Position numbers and translations under genes: made by a program
The notes under the pieces: model-generated
The model's input: the letters and a program-made list of their open reading frames with translations, nothing else
The model's database searches: none
What the model was told of the DNA's origin: nothing
From: Amoebophrya sp. A120
Lineage: Eukaryota > Protista > Dinoflagellata
Length of the DNA: 64,000 nt
Reading direction: 5' to 3'
Assembly: GCA_905178155.1 (NCBI GenBank)
Contig: CAJINV010000001.1
Span: forward strand, 6,762,587 to 6,826,586
In this document: positions 26,001-36,737 of the stretch, piece by piece
Layout: each line of letters starts with the position of its first letter
How positions within the stretch are numbered: position 1 is the stretch's first letter

Positions 26001-27011
26001 CAACATGAACAGAGAGAACGATCTCAGCAAACTAACAGACACCCGAGCGACTCGTTAAAAAAAAATCTTAGCTCGAGGCTTAATTCGAGGAAAGCAGCAG
26101 AAAGCAGGATCATACGTAATTCCTTGCTGCATTCCAGCAACCGGTTGCTGCTGCTGCATCTGCATCGCTCCAGGTTGTTGCTGCATCTGTTGTTGCATCA
26201 TTTGTGGATTCGGCTGCTGCTGTTGCTGCATCTGCATGGCACCTTGAGGTTGGCCCGGTTGCTGCATCGGAATGCCGGGTTGTTGCGGCGGCATATTATT
26301 CCCGCCCATCGGGTGCTGATGCGGCATGAAGTTACCACCCTGTGGCTGCATCGGCATGCCGTTATTGGGACTCTGGAAGTTAGTTCCAGGCTGCTGTTGC
26401 ATCTGCATTCCTTGCTGAGGGGGCTGCATCGGGGCTCCACCACCCTGCATCGGCATCATATTTCCACCCATCGGTTGCATACCTGGCTGTTGCATTTGGA
26501 TGCTACCTCCAGGCTGTTGCATCTGCATATTGCCACCTGGCTGCTGTATCTGCATGTTTCCACCTCCTGGCTGCTGCATCTGCATTCCTGGTTGCTGCTG
26601 CATCTGCATCCCAGTTTGCTGCTGCATTCCCATCGCGCCTGGTGTTTGCGGCATTTGCCCGAAGCTTTGCTGCTGCATGTTGCCTTGCTGCGGAGCCTGC
26701 ACTTGCTGTGGCGTCGGTGCTGCTCCCGGTGGCTGCACTTGCTGTTTTGATGTTTTTCTTCAGTTCTGGTTCAAACTTGAACTTCGAACGCAATAAATCT
26801 CCTGGGAACAACTAAATGAATCTTTGCAAACCGAAACGACATACATTTACTTCTTTTACTTTTACATCAACATCGCACAAAATGTGCTACAAGAAACCTG
26901 TTGCGCGGCTGCGTAGGGGTTAAAATTCACGGCGGATCCTCCGCCTTGGTTGAACGCCCCGGATGCGTAGGGGTTGTCGCTTTGCTCGCCTAAGTTTCCG
27001 AAGGAATTCAT
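23004..27011 (-). CDS. RPA1: Replication protein A 70-kDa subunit with Q/M/P/G-rich N-terminus, multi-exon
   Basis: DBD-A (PIRDLSCY..FKIFARVISKSEMRKFTNQRGEGQL-FNVELMDE..EISGTFF..ANKRY). DBD-B (VDICAIVHEIGD..LVDQSGCSIGLTVWG..GAQVGDFQGRTLS). DBD-C zinc ribbon (YYLACP..CRKK..CADGH) and RYIIRMHLTDESG..TAFDD. Probable ATG at 27011 (MNSFGNLGEQSDNPY). Confidence 0.92.
24358..24609. mobile_element. Introner/MITE-like element D (252 bp), same family as B, non-canonical intron in RPA1
   Basis: Perfect 30-bp TIR TATCAAATGCAAAAATGTCTGGGTCTGGAA (24358-24387 / 24580-24609). Direct repeat CGGGT at 24353-24357 and 24610-24614. Removing 257 nt gives WYNNNP-QLVNQARR...QTIREILAE, an open linker ending at a GTAAG donor. 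Confidence 0.93.
26085..26745 (-). repeat. Degenerate coding repeat MQ(M/I)QQ(Q)PG(G) within RPA1 exon 2
   Basis: ORF 26055..26738 shows many MQMQQQPG / MQIQQPGG units (tgcatctgcat and ctgctg runs on the + strand). Confidence 0.85.
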
Positions 27012-27658
27012 GATTGTGGGCTCGTTTTAGTCGTTAATCACTGTGAAACTGAAAACGTCCAAAAAAACTGTTGGTTTTCTATTTCTTTCGTAGCCTACGT
27101 TTGTTCTCAAAATAACTAAGGAACAAATAGAAGGGCCGAAAATGAAAAATCTAGCTTCGCATACTGCTATACTCTATACACCTTGGGATTTCTAGATAGA
27201 AACTCATGGGAAGAAGGAACTGACTGTGATGATGTTTTGAAACAGAAAAAATTGGCAAAAAGCGAAAGCCCGAAGAAATTCAAATCGTAAAATCGAAGAA
27301 AGCGATTTCGAACATCAATGTTCCTTCAGAAAGCCACTTCATCTCCAAGCACTTTTGAGGTTCAAAGCTTTGAATTGGATATCTCCTTGCCATGGCTTAG
27401 TTATCATTACCATGATTCGCGAACTCAAAACGACGAGGCATGAATCCAAAAAATTCATGAGAGTATCGACTTTGCTCTAAAACCGGCGGGGCTATCGACT
27501 GTCGAACAAACAAGCGAACTTGCATCATGTGGTGGCCAGCCTGACACGCGAAAGCTTTCGAGAAAACGAGGCGTCAACTCGTCGATGTCAGATGTAGATG
27601 ATCTTTTGTCGCATTATACTCTGTCGCTTTTCGTTTTGTTCATACATGATGTGCAAGC

Positions 27659-28657
27659 TCATCCCAGCACCATCGTTTTTTGCAGTCGTCCGCAATTTTC
27701 CAGTAATGCTTTCAGGGTCTCTCTGTCGACATTTTTTGTGAAGTTGGCTACTAATGCGGCACAAATTTCTTCTTCTTCCCTTGTTGGCAAGTCAACTGTT
27801 AGCTGCGACGGCTTGGGTGGCCGCAACGTGATATTGCAGGTTGCGTGTTCGCCCGGAGGGGCATAGGAATCGAGATCTATGCGGGAGAAGACTTCATTCT
27901 CCGGCAGGATGCCATACAGTTTCGGTAGATCTAGTGGATAGGTATCCCAAAAATATTTCGGAACGACCCTAGAAAAGTAGTCCTTCACAGCACTCGTCTT
28001 CTTCATCTCCCCCTCGCGGACCCGGTTGACGATCATCCCAAGAACCGGCACGCGGCCGTTGGGACAGGCCTCAAAAAAGGATCTCGCTTGCTCGTAGGAA
28101 TCTATCGAATCTCCCATTCCGGGTTTCCCGACTATCAAGACCGGCGATTTGCAAAGAAACGCGGTAGTCGCGTTTGACACGCCGCATAAGCTGCCGACGC
28201 CTGGGTAGCCGACGCCGTCGATTAGCAGGACTTTGATCGGTTTATTTTTCACCGCGGTTATATCGTCGTTGGTAAAATCGGCGATGTCGGCGCTTGGATT
28301 CAACAAGTCATCGACAGCTTCCTCTATTCTCGATTGGAGAGTGCTCCTGTATTCCTCGACATTTCTACCGTACACCTCTGTTGGAAGAGTCTCTGTTGCG
28401 AATTTCTGCGTGAAACCAGCGAAAAATACCACGGGCCCGACGTGTCGTGCGCGTATTCCCTTCGCCTTGCAAAACTTCGCTACGAGCGTCTGCTGAATGC
28501 CCTGCGTGCAGGGCTTAATGTAAGCAAGTTCGTCTGGGCTGTAGCCCATTTCCAAGAGCGCACCGAGGATACCCAAGCATAGCGTGCTCTTTCCGGACCC
28601 TTGTCCCGCAGCGCCGGCGACGAAAAGGCGAACTGCTTCATCCCGATTCGCAGACAT
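27659..28657 (-). CDS. BioD/Pta-N-like P-loop NTPase (AAA_26 family), single exon
   Basis: LFVAG...GSGKSTLCLG, YIKP, VLLIDGVG..GVGS..GVSNA, PVLIV..GMGDSID, VLGMIVNR. Confidence 0.75.
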   Translation of the reverse strand: MSANRDEAVRLFVAGAAGQGSGKSTLCLGILGALLEMGYSPDELAYIKPCTQGIQQTLVAKFCKAKGIRARHVGPVVFFAGFTQKFATETLPTEVYGRNVEEYRSTLQSRIEEAVDDLLNPSADIADFTNDDITAVKNKPIKVLLIDGVGYPGVGSLCGVSNATTAFLCKSPVLIVGKPGMGDSIDSYEQARSFFEACPNGRVPVLGMIVNRVREGEMKKTSAVKDYFSRVVPKYFWDTYPLDLPKLYGILPENEVFSRIDLDSYAPPGEHATCNITLRPPKPSQLTVDLPTREEEEICAALVANFTKNVDRETLKALLENCGRLQKTMVLG

Positions 28658-29185
28658 GTTGATGTGGACAATTCTTTGAAAGAATTCGAAGTAAGTCTAC
28701 ATCTCTAGGAGGGCCACGCCAATGCACTCACAATGAAAAAGAACAAACAAGCTCTGGATGCAGAAGTACCAGCAACCAGACCCACTACTTCATGGTCTTT
28801 GGATTTGGCAGAAAAGATTCCGCTGCGAATTTGTTTAAACCTTGTACTCTAAGACGATGGAGCGAAACAGAAGCGCGGCAATGTTCTTCAGGGTTTGAAC
28901 GCTCGTTCATCTTTCTTCATTTCGATTCCATTTCACAGTTCCGCATCTCTGTTGACCAGAGTATGTATTGTGAGACCTTCTACCGACCCCTGTCCTGAAG
29001 GAACTTTACTCCCTTTCCCAGGTCGAATTCTAGATTTTTGTTTTAGTTTTTCTCGCATTGCTCGTCAGTGTACAGTTGTTGTGCTTGTGGTTCTCCTGCT
29101 TCTAAATTCATCTGGCGTGGCTCACCAGCGGGGAATTCAAACTGGCCTGCTTTGTTATTGTTTCCTTGACGCGTCGACATAGACA

Positions 29186-30664
29186 TTACAAATCATTTGA
29201 TAATTTGCGTTTCTTTGTGTCGCTCTGCTGCGCAGCGCTCGCTTTCTTCTTCTTGCGACTTTTCGAATAAAAGTACGAGTAGTACTCTTCGTTGCCGGTA
29301 TCCGCAAGTGTAGAAAGCTGCGCCTGGCGCTGCCGCATCAAGGCCGCCTCGAAGGCCGTCTCTAAATCACGCCGCGAAAGGGCAGGTCCGCCTCCACAAG
29401 CCGCAAATGACATCGCGAAATCCGGCAACTTGCTTCGGTTCTCCTCCTTGAAGAGCTGGAAAAACTCGAACAGTTCGCTTTCACCGTACAACCGAAACTC
29501 ATTCGATTCCTTGGCCCCCCACTTTTTCCCTGGCTGTCCATCGAGCTCCAAACTCTCCTCGTGCACATTCGTCAGCAAAGGCGCGTAGGCGATAAAGCGT
29601 GCCAAGTCATCCGAGCGGTGGCACTTCACAGTGCGGAGCTTCGGCAAGTACAGCGGCCCCAGCTTTTCTAGACCGTAATTCTTGCACAGCACAATCTTCT
29701 CCAAAGAGGGACACGACGACAACGATATATCGAGGGAGCAGTTGTGCAGCGAGTAGCAATGATCGAGCTCGAGAAACTTCAGCGAGGGCAGGGCGAAATG
29801 TAACTCGGAGAGGTGGTTGACTTGCCTGATGGACAATCGTTCCAATAGCGGAAAGCTTTCGGCCGAGAGCACGCATTTGCGGATGTGCACGAAGTCAATC
29901 GTCAAGTCTCGTAGCGCGGGAAATCGATACTGCGGATTGGAGAAGATAGTCCAGTTTGCGGTCTTCCGACAAGTCGTAATGTGTTCAAACTTGTCAGGAT
30001 CCTCTTCACTCTGCGGAGCGACACCCTTCGTCGGCACCTGCTTTTTCGTTTTACTTTCGTCGTCAGTCAGGAGGAGCTCCATGTCGGAATCCTCGTCGTA
30101 AGTAAATTCTTTCGGCTTCCCGTGACGCTGCGTCTTTTTAAGCGCGACGTCCCGCCGGTATTGTTCCTTCGATATCTTGTCGGTCGACGGCCCGAACTTG
30201 ATAAAACCCGGTTCACCATTCGGGTCAAAGAACATGAAGTCACTGAATTGAAGTTCGTACAGACCCTCGCCGTTGAGTATTTGCATCTCTGTGATTTCAT
30301 CAGTCGGAACTTTTTTTCCCAGAAAAAGTTCGTCAAACGCTTCGCGAGACGTCGCATCCTCAAACCCTTTACTTTTGATGATCAGCGACACTGCCTTTTC
30401 GTTGTCAACGTCTTTTTCTTTCTTGGTGTTGCTTTCCTCAGCTGCATTTGGCGATTTGCTTTCGGCTTTTTTGTCAGCATCGTCTCGAGTCGGGGTGGGC
30501 TGAGCTGTCGGGTTCTTTCGGATTAGCTTCCAATATCCTTCTGGGCACTCGTAATCCATGTCAGCATCGTCCTCGGATCCACTACCGCCAAAAAGCACGG
30601 CGCGCGTGACCGGATTTGTGAACGCATCGGGCCCATACTCCGCATAGAACTCCCCGAGCGACAT
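29186..30664 (-). CDS. LRR-containing protein, paralog 1, with C-terminal basic NLS-like tail
   Basis: FPALRDLTI, FPLLERLSI, LPSLKFLEL, CPSLEKIVL, LPKLRTV repeats. Start placed at MSLGEFYAEYG by alignment to the neighbour's MSIADFALEYG. Confidence 0.75.
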   Translation of the reverse strand: MSLGEFYAEYGPDAFTNPVTRAVLFGGSGSEDDADMDYECPEGYWKLIRKNPTAQPTPTRDDADKKAESKSPNAAEESNTKKEKDVDNEKAVSLIIKSKGFEDATSREAFDELFLGKKVPTDEITEMQILNGEGLYELQFSDFMFFDPNGEPGFIKFGPSTDKISKEQYRRDVALKKTQRHGKPKEFTYDEDSDMELLLTDDESKTKKQVPTKGVAPQSEEDPDKFEHITTCRKTANWTIFSNPQYRFPALRDLTIDFVHIRKCVLSAESFPLLERLSIRQVNHLSELHFALPSLKFLELDHCYSLHNCSLDISLSSCPSLEKIVLCKNYGLEKLGPLYLPKLRTVKCHRSDDLARFIAYAPLLTNVHEESLELDGQPGKKWGAKESNEFRLYGESELFEFFQLFKEENRSKLPDFAMSFAACGGGPALSRRDLETAFEAALMRQRQAQLSTLADTGNEEYYSYFYSKSRKKKKASAAQQSDTKKRKLSNDL

Positions 30665-31724
30665 TCTTTTTCTACTTAAAATAGTTTTGCCCTGTTCTAG
30701 TAACTTAGCTTCATCCAAGTCTCTGATTCTGCCATGCCGATTCCATGAAAAATAGTTGATTCTGATGAAGTGCTGAAGTGTACAAACGAATAGTAGCAGA
30801 TTGCCCTGGATGTACTTCCTACCGGCAATCAAGTAAGTATTTTTCGCGAGCTGACACCAGGCACAAGGAACCAGGAACAACCGAGAGGTTGGTGTTGAAG
30901 ACGAAGATGAACTTGAAGTCATTCTTATTCCATAGATACTCGCCAATGCCTCGCTCCATAATTCGGATTTCATCTATAGTTTTCCAGACCGCACCGGATC
31001 CTTTTATTTCTGGATTCACATAGATCCAGGATCTGGCTGCCTTGTCAGTCTCCGATTTCGATGGAGAACAGGCCCTCGATTCATTGTGTCGCAAAAGCGG
31101 CTGTTGAGAAGCCAGCAGCTCATGGCGCTTTGCATTTGCGACAGGTATCCGTTATCTTGTTTAGGACACATGCCGGCTCCGATAGTTTGTTCGTCATGTT
31201 GCTTCGCAGCAGCGCTTCTTTGCCTTGTGCTGGAGCAAATTAAGCGACACACCAGTTTAGCTCCGTGTGAAAGAGTGGAGAATCGAGCTGCTGTCGCTGG
31301 TATCAGGCATGAGCGATCCAGTCATATTTTGCATCTTTGCATTTTATGCATAGGGTGAAACGCCTTGCACCTCCCGCAGAACGTGCGAGGTCGCTTTATG
31401 CGAAACAAATTTCAAGACTATGATTACAGTGACTGTGTCTGTAAATTTCACCGGTACAAATTGTTCACCTAAACATTGAAAAACTACGAAGTCGTTCACG
31501 AATTCTTCTTTATTGAGTAGGCAAGCATTTTTCTGTGCTTTTTCTGTCCCAAGCTTTACGACCATTGGTCGGTAGTGCCCAGCAGAGCACGACTGGTGCA
31601 TGGTTCATCTGTACATGTCTATCACTATCTAACTACTCTTTCTTCTGCCCTTTATCAAAATCCTGTATCCTGTTTCTGTCGTTCATAGTACTGTACATAC
31701 ATAGTTGTAGTAGACAAATCTTTT

Positions 31725-33107
31725 TTACATCTCTTCGTTCTCCTCGACCCGTCGCCTCTTACTGTCGTTCTCCGGCGGCGCCCTTTTACTGTACTTGGTG
31801 AAACTGTAATACTGTTCGTTACCCGAGTCCGCAAGTTTCTCCAGCTGTGGAGTTCGACACTGCAGCAGAATCCGCTCGAATTCCTGTTCAGAAAGGTCGC
31901 GCTGCGATGATCCGTTCAGGAACGGCTGCAACGCTTCGTGCAGACCCGGCAAGTGTGCCGCGTTGTGCTCCAGAAAAAGAGTAACGAAATCCTGAAACTC
32001 GGATCTTCTGAAAATGCGGTATCCCCAAGCGCTGCTCTGCGAACCACCTAGCTGCACCCTACTCTCTTCCAAGAACGGAGCGTAACACACAAGGCGTCTC
32101 AAGTCGCAGGAGCCCTGCGCCTTCAGGTCACGCAAGTTGGGTAAGTAAACCGGACCGAGGCGTGCCAGGCCGTAGTTTTTTCTGCCTAAATCCAACGTTT
32201 TCAGTGCGAAACAGCAGGATAAAGACAGATCCAGTTTGCAGTGGTGCAGGCGATGGCAGTGCTCCACCTGCAGGTACCGGAGCGAATGGGGAACGGCAAA
32301 ATGCAGCGCGACAAGGTCCTCGCTCAGTTGCTTCAGTGCCAGCGACTCGAGCGCAGGGCAATTCTTCGGCGTCAGGACAAATTTCCGGACATTCGGAAAG
32401 TTGACCGTCAAGGAACGCAGCGCCGAAAAGCGGTACAAACTGTTCGCAAAAATCACGTAGTTTGGATGCTTGTGGTAGCCTGTGATCCGCCCATTTTCGG
32501 TGACAGCGAGCGGTTGCTCAAGGTCCGAGGGCACTTCGTCGGCGTCGTCATCTGTATCGCCAGCGCGCTCCTCCGGGGGGCGCGCTTTTTTGATGGCCAA
32601 CTCCCGGTGCCACTTCCCACGACTCAAATCCGTGCACGCACCAAATTTGGTAAAGCCTGTTTCTGCCGGCCGCGCACCTTGGTCGTGCGAGGATGGCGGT
32701 CCAGCGCCGAAAAAGTCCATGAACATCATATCTTCCTCGTCGGAGGAACTACCGGGCAATTTTCTGATAAGCTCAAAGTCCGTGATTTGCCCAACATTTA
32801 CCGGCCCGTGCAGAAAAAGTCGATCGAAAGCCTCCCGAGAAATACCCTGATCGATGCGCGCATTGTCCTGCTTGATGGTCAGCTTCACCCGATCCGCCCC
32901 GTCGCTGGTCTCCGCCTCCTCCGAAGCGACGTCCGGATGCTGTGGCGCACTGTCATGGGTGACTTTCCAACGACCCTCCGTCCGAACTTCGCCGTCCGTG
33001 GTGTCGGAATCACTGGATTCATTTCCACCACGAGGAGGGTCTAAAAGCAGTCCAGGGTTTGCCAAAACGTCCCACCCGTACTCCAAAGCGAAATCTGCAA
33101 TACTCAT
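31725..33107 (-). CDS. LRR-containing protein, paralog 2
   Basis: Colinear with 29186..30664: SREAFD.LFL, GF.KFG..TD, YRF.ALR.LT, KNYGL..LGP.YLP.LR, QL..LAD.GNE.YYS. Confidence 0.78.
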   Translation of the reverse strand: MSIADFALEYGWDVLANPGLLLDPPRGGNESSDSDTTDGEVRTEGRWKVTHDSAPQHPDVASEEAETSDGADRVKLTIKQDNARIDQGISREAFDRLFLHGPVNVGQITDFELIRKLPGSSSDEEDMMFMDFFGAGPPSSHDQGARPAETGFTKFGACTDLSRGKWHRELAIKKARPPEERAGDTDDDADEVPSDLEQPLAVTENGRITGYHKHPNYVIFANSLYRFSALRSLTVNFPNVRKFVLTPKNCPALESLALKQLSEDLVALHFAVPHSLRYLQVEHCHRLHHCKLDLSLSCCFALKTLDLGRKNYGLARLGPVYLPNLRDLKAQGSCDLRRLVCYAPFLEESRVQLGGSQSSAWGYRIFRRSEFQDFVTLFLEHNAAHLPGLHEALQPFLNGSSQRDLSEQEFERILLQCRTPQLEKLADSGNEQYYSFTKYSKRAPPENDSKRRRVEENEEM

Positions 33108-34007
33108 TTCAGCAGTACTGTACCCTTATCCGATATTATAAGTTGGAATGAGCAGGGCGAAGGTCTGAAGATACTATTTCAAGAAATAGAAATCCGATGC
33201 CGAAATAGTGAACTTGAAACGCCTTATTTCGTTGACAGAGCTGTAAAAAAAACAGTGTGTGTGTTCTTTACAGATGTAGTTTTCGTTTTCTATACTATAC
33301 TTTAGTTCCACATTGGTCGAGAGCATCGACCTCTACACGCTTGAGATGAAAGTCAGGGGACTAAACCAACCGAGCGCCTGGAGGTGTCATTGAAAGTCAT
33401 ACAGAAAGTATTTCACACGTGTCTTACAACCACTTGGTAGCATATGGTGTCTATCAATGTGAACCGATGCGAAACCGAAGCAGAGGTAACGGGCCTGAAT
33501 GCCTCAGTACTTAGATGACCATACGTATGTATTCAAGCCAATCGACAGCGCACTTGTTCACTGAAAGCAGCTAGTCTTGCGAACATAGCGCTGGAACGGT
33601 CAAATGGCGTTTGTCGCAGGTGCCCCTACCGCAACAGCGTAGAAGACGTAAAAGCAACTTGTCATTTACAATGTCTTTTTGAAGAACCACTCGTGAAGAA
33701 AGTCGCCTGTTGCTTTGCAATGCCGATGTAGGTCTACTTGTGTTTCTTATTGACATCTTTGATCCAGGATTAGCATAGTTGTGCCTGTTTGTTCGCTTGC
33801 TCATTCGATTTTGAAAAAGTGTTCCTTTAGTTACACGACCTTCTGCACCGGGTGACGGCGATGTGGCTCCTGTCGCTGCTCTGCACAAGCGCGGAACGAG
33901 ATGGTGACACGTTTTCGCCAACCGTTTCGCTATTGAAAAATTCCTTCCGTGCCTACCAAAAACATCGCTCCGCACCCCTTGGATCATGCCCGAGCCATTT
34001 ATGCCCT

Positions 34008-36343
34008 TCACATCGCCTTCACATAAGCCTCGAATTTTTCCGCCGCGTCTTCGATCGTGCTTTCATTGGAATCCGAAATCACTTCGTCCCCGTGCACCAT
34101 GCGCACCCGCATGTTCAAGTTGGTCAGCGGCTTCTGCACGACCGGCTCCTTGGCATTCACGACGCGGTCGTAACTCACTTTCTCGTTCTTTATCTTCTCC
34201 TCCACCGGCTCGCTGATGTCTGCGACCCAGGCGTCTGCGACTAGGGGGGACTTCGTCAACTTCTCTACCAAATCGAGGAACATGACGGAATTTCCGCACC
34301 GCCAGTACGCTTCGGTGATCTCCGGACCGATGGCGGCGTTGTCCGTCAGAAACCCATACTTGTCCAGGAAATACTTGCGGGTTTGCATAACCTGAGATTT
34401 CATTTGCATTTCATGCGAGTGTGGTACTAAGCAAGCTGGTGAAATTGCTGCGGCTGCTGCACCGGGAAATGCGAGAATTATTAGCTCATGTACAATTCGG
34501 ATATCCGATTCATCGTCCTACTTTCTCATGCAAGAAAAGCGCGACAATCAAACTAAAAGTACGCTCATTTCCGCAAGCACGTAGCCGTGGTAGTAGCAGG
34601 AGGACTCGTCTGACATGATGTGCGGCACGGACAGCAGTGGTCGGCCGTTCAAGCCGCCGCAGATCTTCTTTTCCACATCGTCCGCGAGCGACAGAACCCG
34701 CTCCGCCGTCATTTCGTCCTCCGTTAGTTCGTAGAGCGCCTTCTCGAAATAGGGAACCGCGATCATGTTTCGGAGCATGAACACCGCGAAAGGGTGGGTT
34801 TCGCGGATCGACTCCTCGATCAGCTCAAATGGCATCGGCTTGTTGTCCCGGTCGAGCGCGTATCTTGCTTTCCAGTCCGCGTCGTCGACTAGAGAATCGA
34901 GGAACATGCTCTGGTTCTCGGCGTATGCGACCGACGTGGGGGCCCGTTCTTGGGAAAAAAGCGGCGACCCCATCTTGATGTTCGCGAAGTGCGCAGCGTG
35001 GCCCGCTTCGTGCATCAGAGTTGTCAAAGCGGTTTTCCCGCTGCCCACACTGCTCGGGATCGCGAGAGAGGTAAAGTTCGCGACACTCGGAATCCACTTA
35101 TCGCCACTCACCCACGCTGGCTGCGGCCAGTGGCAAAACCCGTTGCTGTACTTCTTGGGTCGGTCCAGCAAATCGAGATTCATCTCGGCGCCCTCGTACT
35201 GGATCCCGAGGTTGGCGTAGCACTGCGCGTAGCGGAGGACGGCTTTCTCGAAGGGAAAGTAGGGGTCTTGTTTTTTCGCCAAATCGCCGGCGAGCATGAA
35301 GGACAAATTCCAGGGCTCGAACGCGTTTTCGCCCTTCTTCTCCTTCAGCTCCTTGATCGCTTTTTCCATCGTCGCTCGGGTTTTCGATTCGAGATCGTCG
35401 AGGATGGTGAACAGCTTTTTCTTTCCGAACCCCTCGGCCTGTGTCACTTTGTAGTCGTAGAAGTCCTCGTAGCCGAGCTGCTTTGCGAGCTGGTTCCGCT
35501 TCCTGATGATCTCGACAAAACCGTTCGAGGTGATGAAGGTGCCGATCTCCCGGATGCCCTGGTAGGCGGCTTTCCTCTCCGCTTCGGTCTCGCTGTTGCG
35601 GAGGACCTGGCGCAAAGCGACTGAAGTCAGCGAAACTCGCTTTCCCTCGTAGTCATACCTGTTTCGTATTTGTTTTGAATTTGATGTTTCGAGGTTGCAA
35701 AACTCACAAAAGTTCCGGCAAACTCGAACAATTCCGATTCTGTTTGTAAGCATACACAAACTGAAAAACTTCCTTACCCTGTGCTCATTCCGTTTCTCTT
35801 CTGTTCCAGCTGCGATTCCAGAGCCGTCACCTCGTCCCGAATGCCCCGCACTTCCGGCGGCATCTGGTAGCATTCGAAGGTACGCTTGAAGATTTCCAGG
35901 GTCTGCAGGTCCTTTTCGTCGTGGTCCGACTTTGCGCCCATCAGGTACTCCATGGTCTGTTTCAAATTGTCTGCGTTCGCGAGCCAAGCTTCCATGGCCT
36001 GCTTCGTGGAGGTCAGTAGATCCGGAGAAAAGTCGCCATTTTTCAGCGCCATTTTGTTCCCCCAGAACTGCTCCTCAAAGGCCTTGTGCAACCGCTCATA
36101 CTCGCGGTTCTTGGCCTCCACAAATTGCTGCAGCCCGTCGGTCGGCATTTTGTTTGAGTATAGTGGCCCGCCTGTAGTGGAGGCAGAAGAGGTAGAGAGA
36201 CTTGCAGTCGGGTGAAAGTAAATGGGTCGCTTGCCAAAAAGGGGCAGGGGTCTAGTTGTACTAGGTGAAGGAGATGCAGGGGCGGTGCTGAAGAATCGTA
36301 CACTTGCTTGTGATCTTCGTGTAAAAGCCTGTTTGACAAACAT
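34008..36343 (-). CDS. M3-family metallo-oligopeptidase with probable mitochondrial presequence, 3 exons
   Basis: LMHEAGHAAHF (HExxH), YAENQSMF, KRNQLAKQLGYEDFYDY, RPKKYSNGFC and CYYHGYVLAEM. N-terminus MFVKQAFTRRSQASVRFFST. Two GT-AG introns join the ORFs in frame. Confidence 0.88.
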
Positions 36344-36737
36344 GCGAGTGATTGCGAGGAGTTCGGGCGTTTTCTAGGCCGCACCTACTTACTCACGTAC
36401 CCAATTAGCTACAGTACAATTCCTGTTGCTTGATGCTGATTAAGTTGGAATAAAGTGGTTTACGAAAGATTCATTTGCACACGTCTCGCTCACAAGACTG
36501 AGGATCGCAGCTGGAGAACAAAACTGAAAAAGTGGTTGCGATGCTTTCATGTACGTTTCTATCACTTTGACCTGCTGGTAATCGTGAAGGCGAACAAACT
36601 TCAACTACTTCGTCACTGGTGCATTATTTTTCACGGCAAACAGACCCAAGCTGCACTGATGGCCGCTGTCGTTAGTTTTGCATAGTTTTGATTTTATGAA
36701 GGTGAAGGATTGCGTCCGCTTTCTTGATGTATCAACC

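Noticed and set aside
30665-30973. N-terminal extension of the 595-aa ORF
   Set aside because: The paralog alignment places the start at ATG 30664; the upstream part looks like UTR or intergenic sequence.
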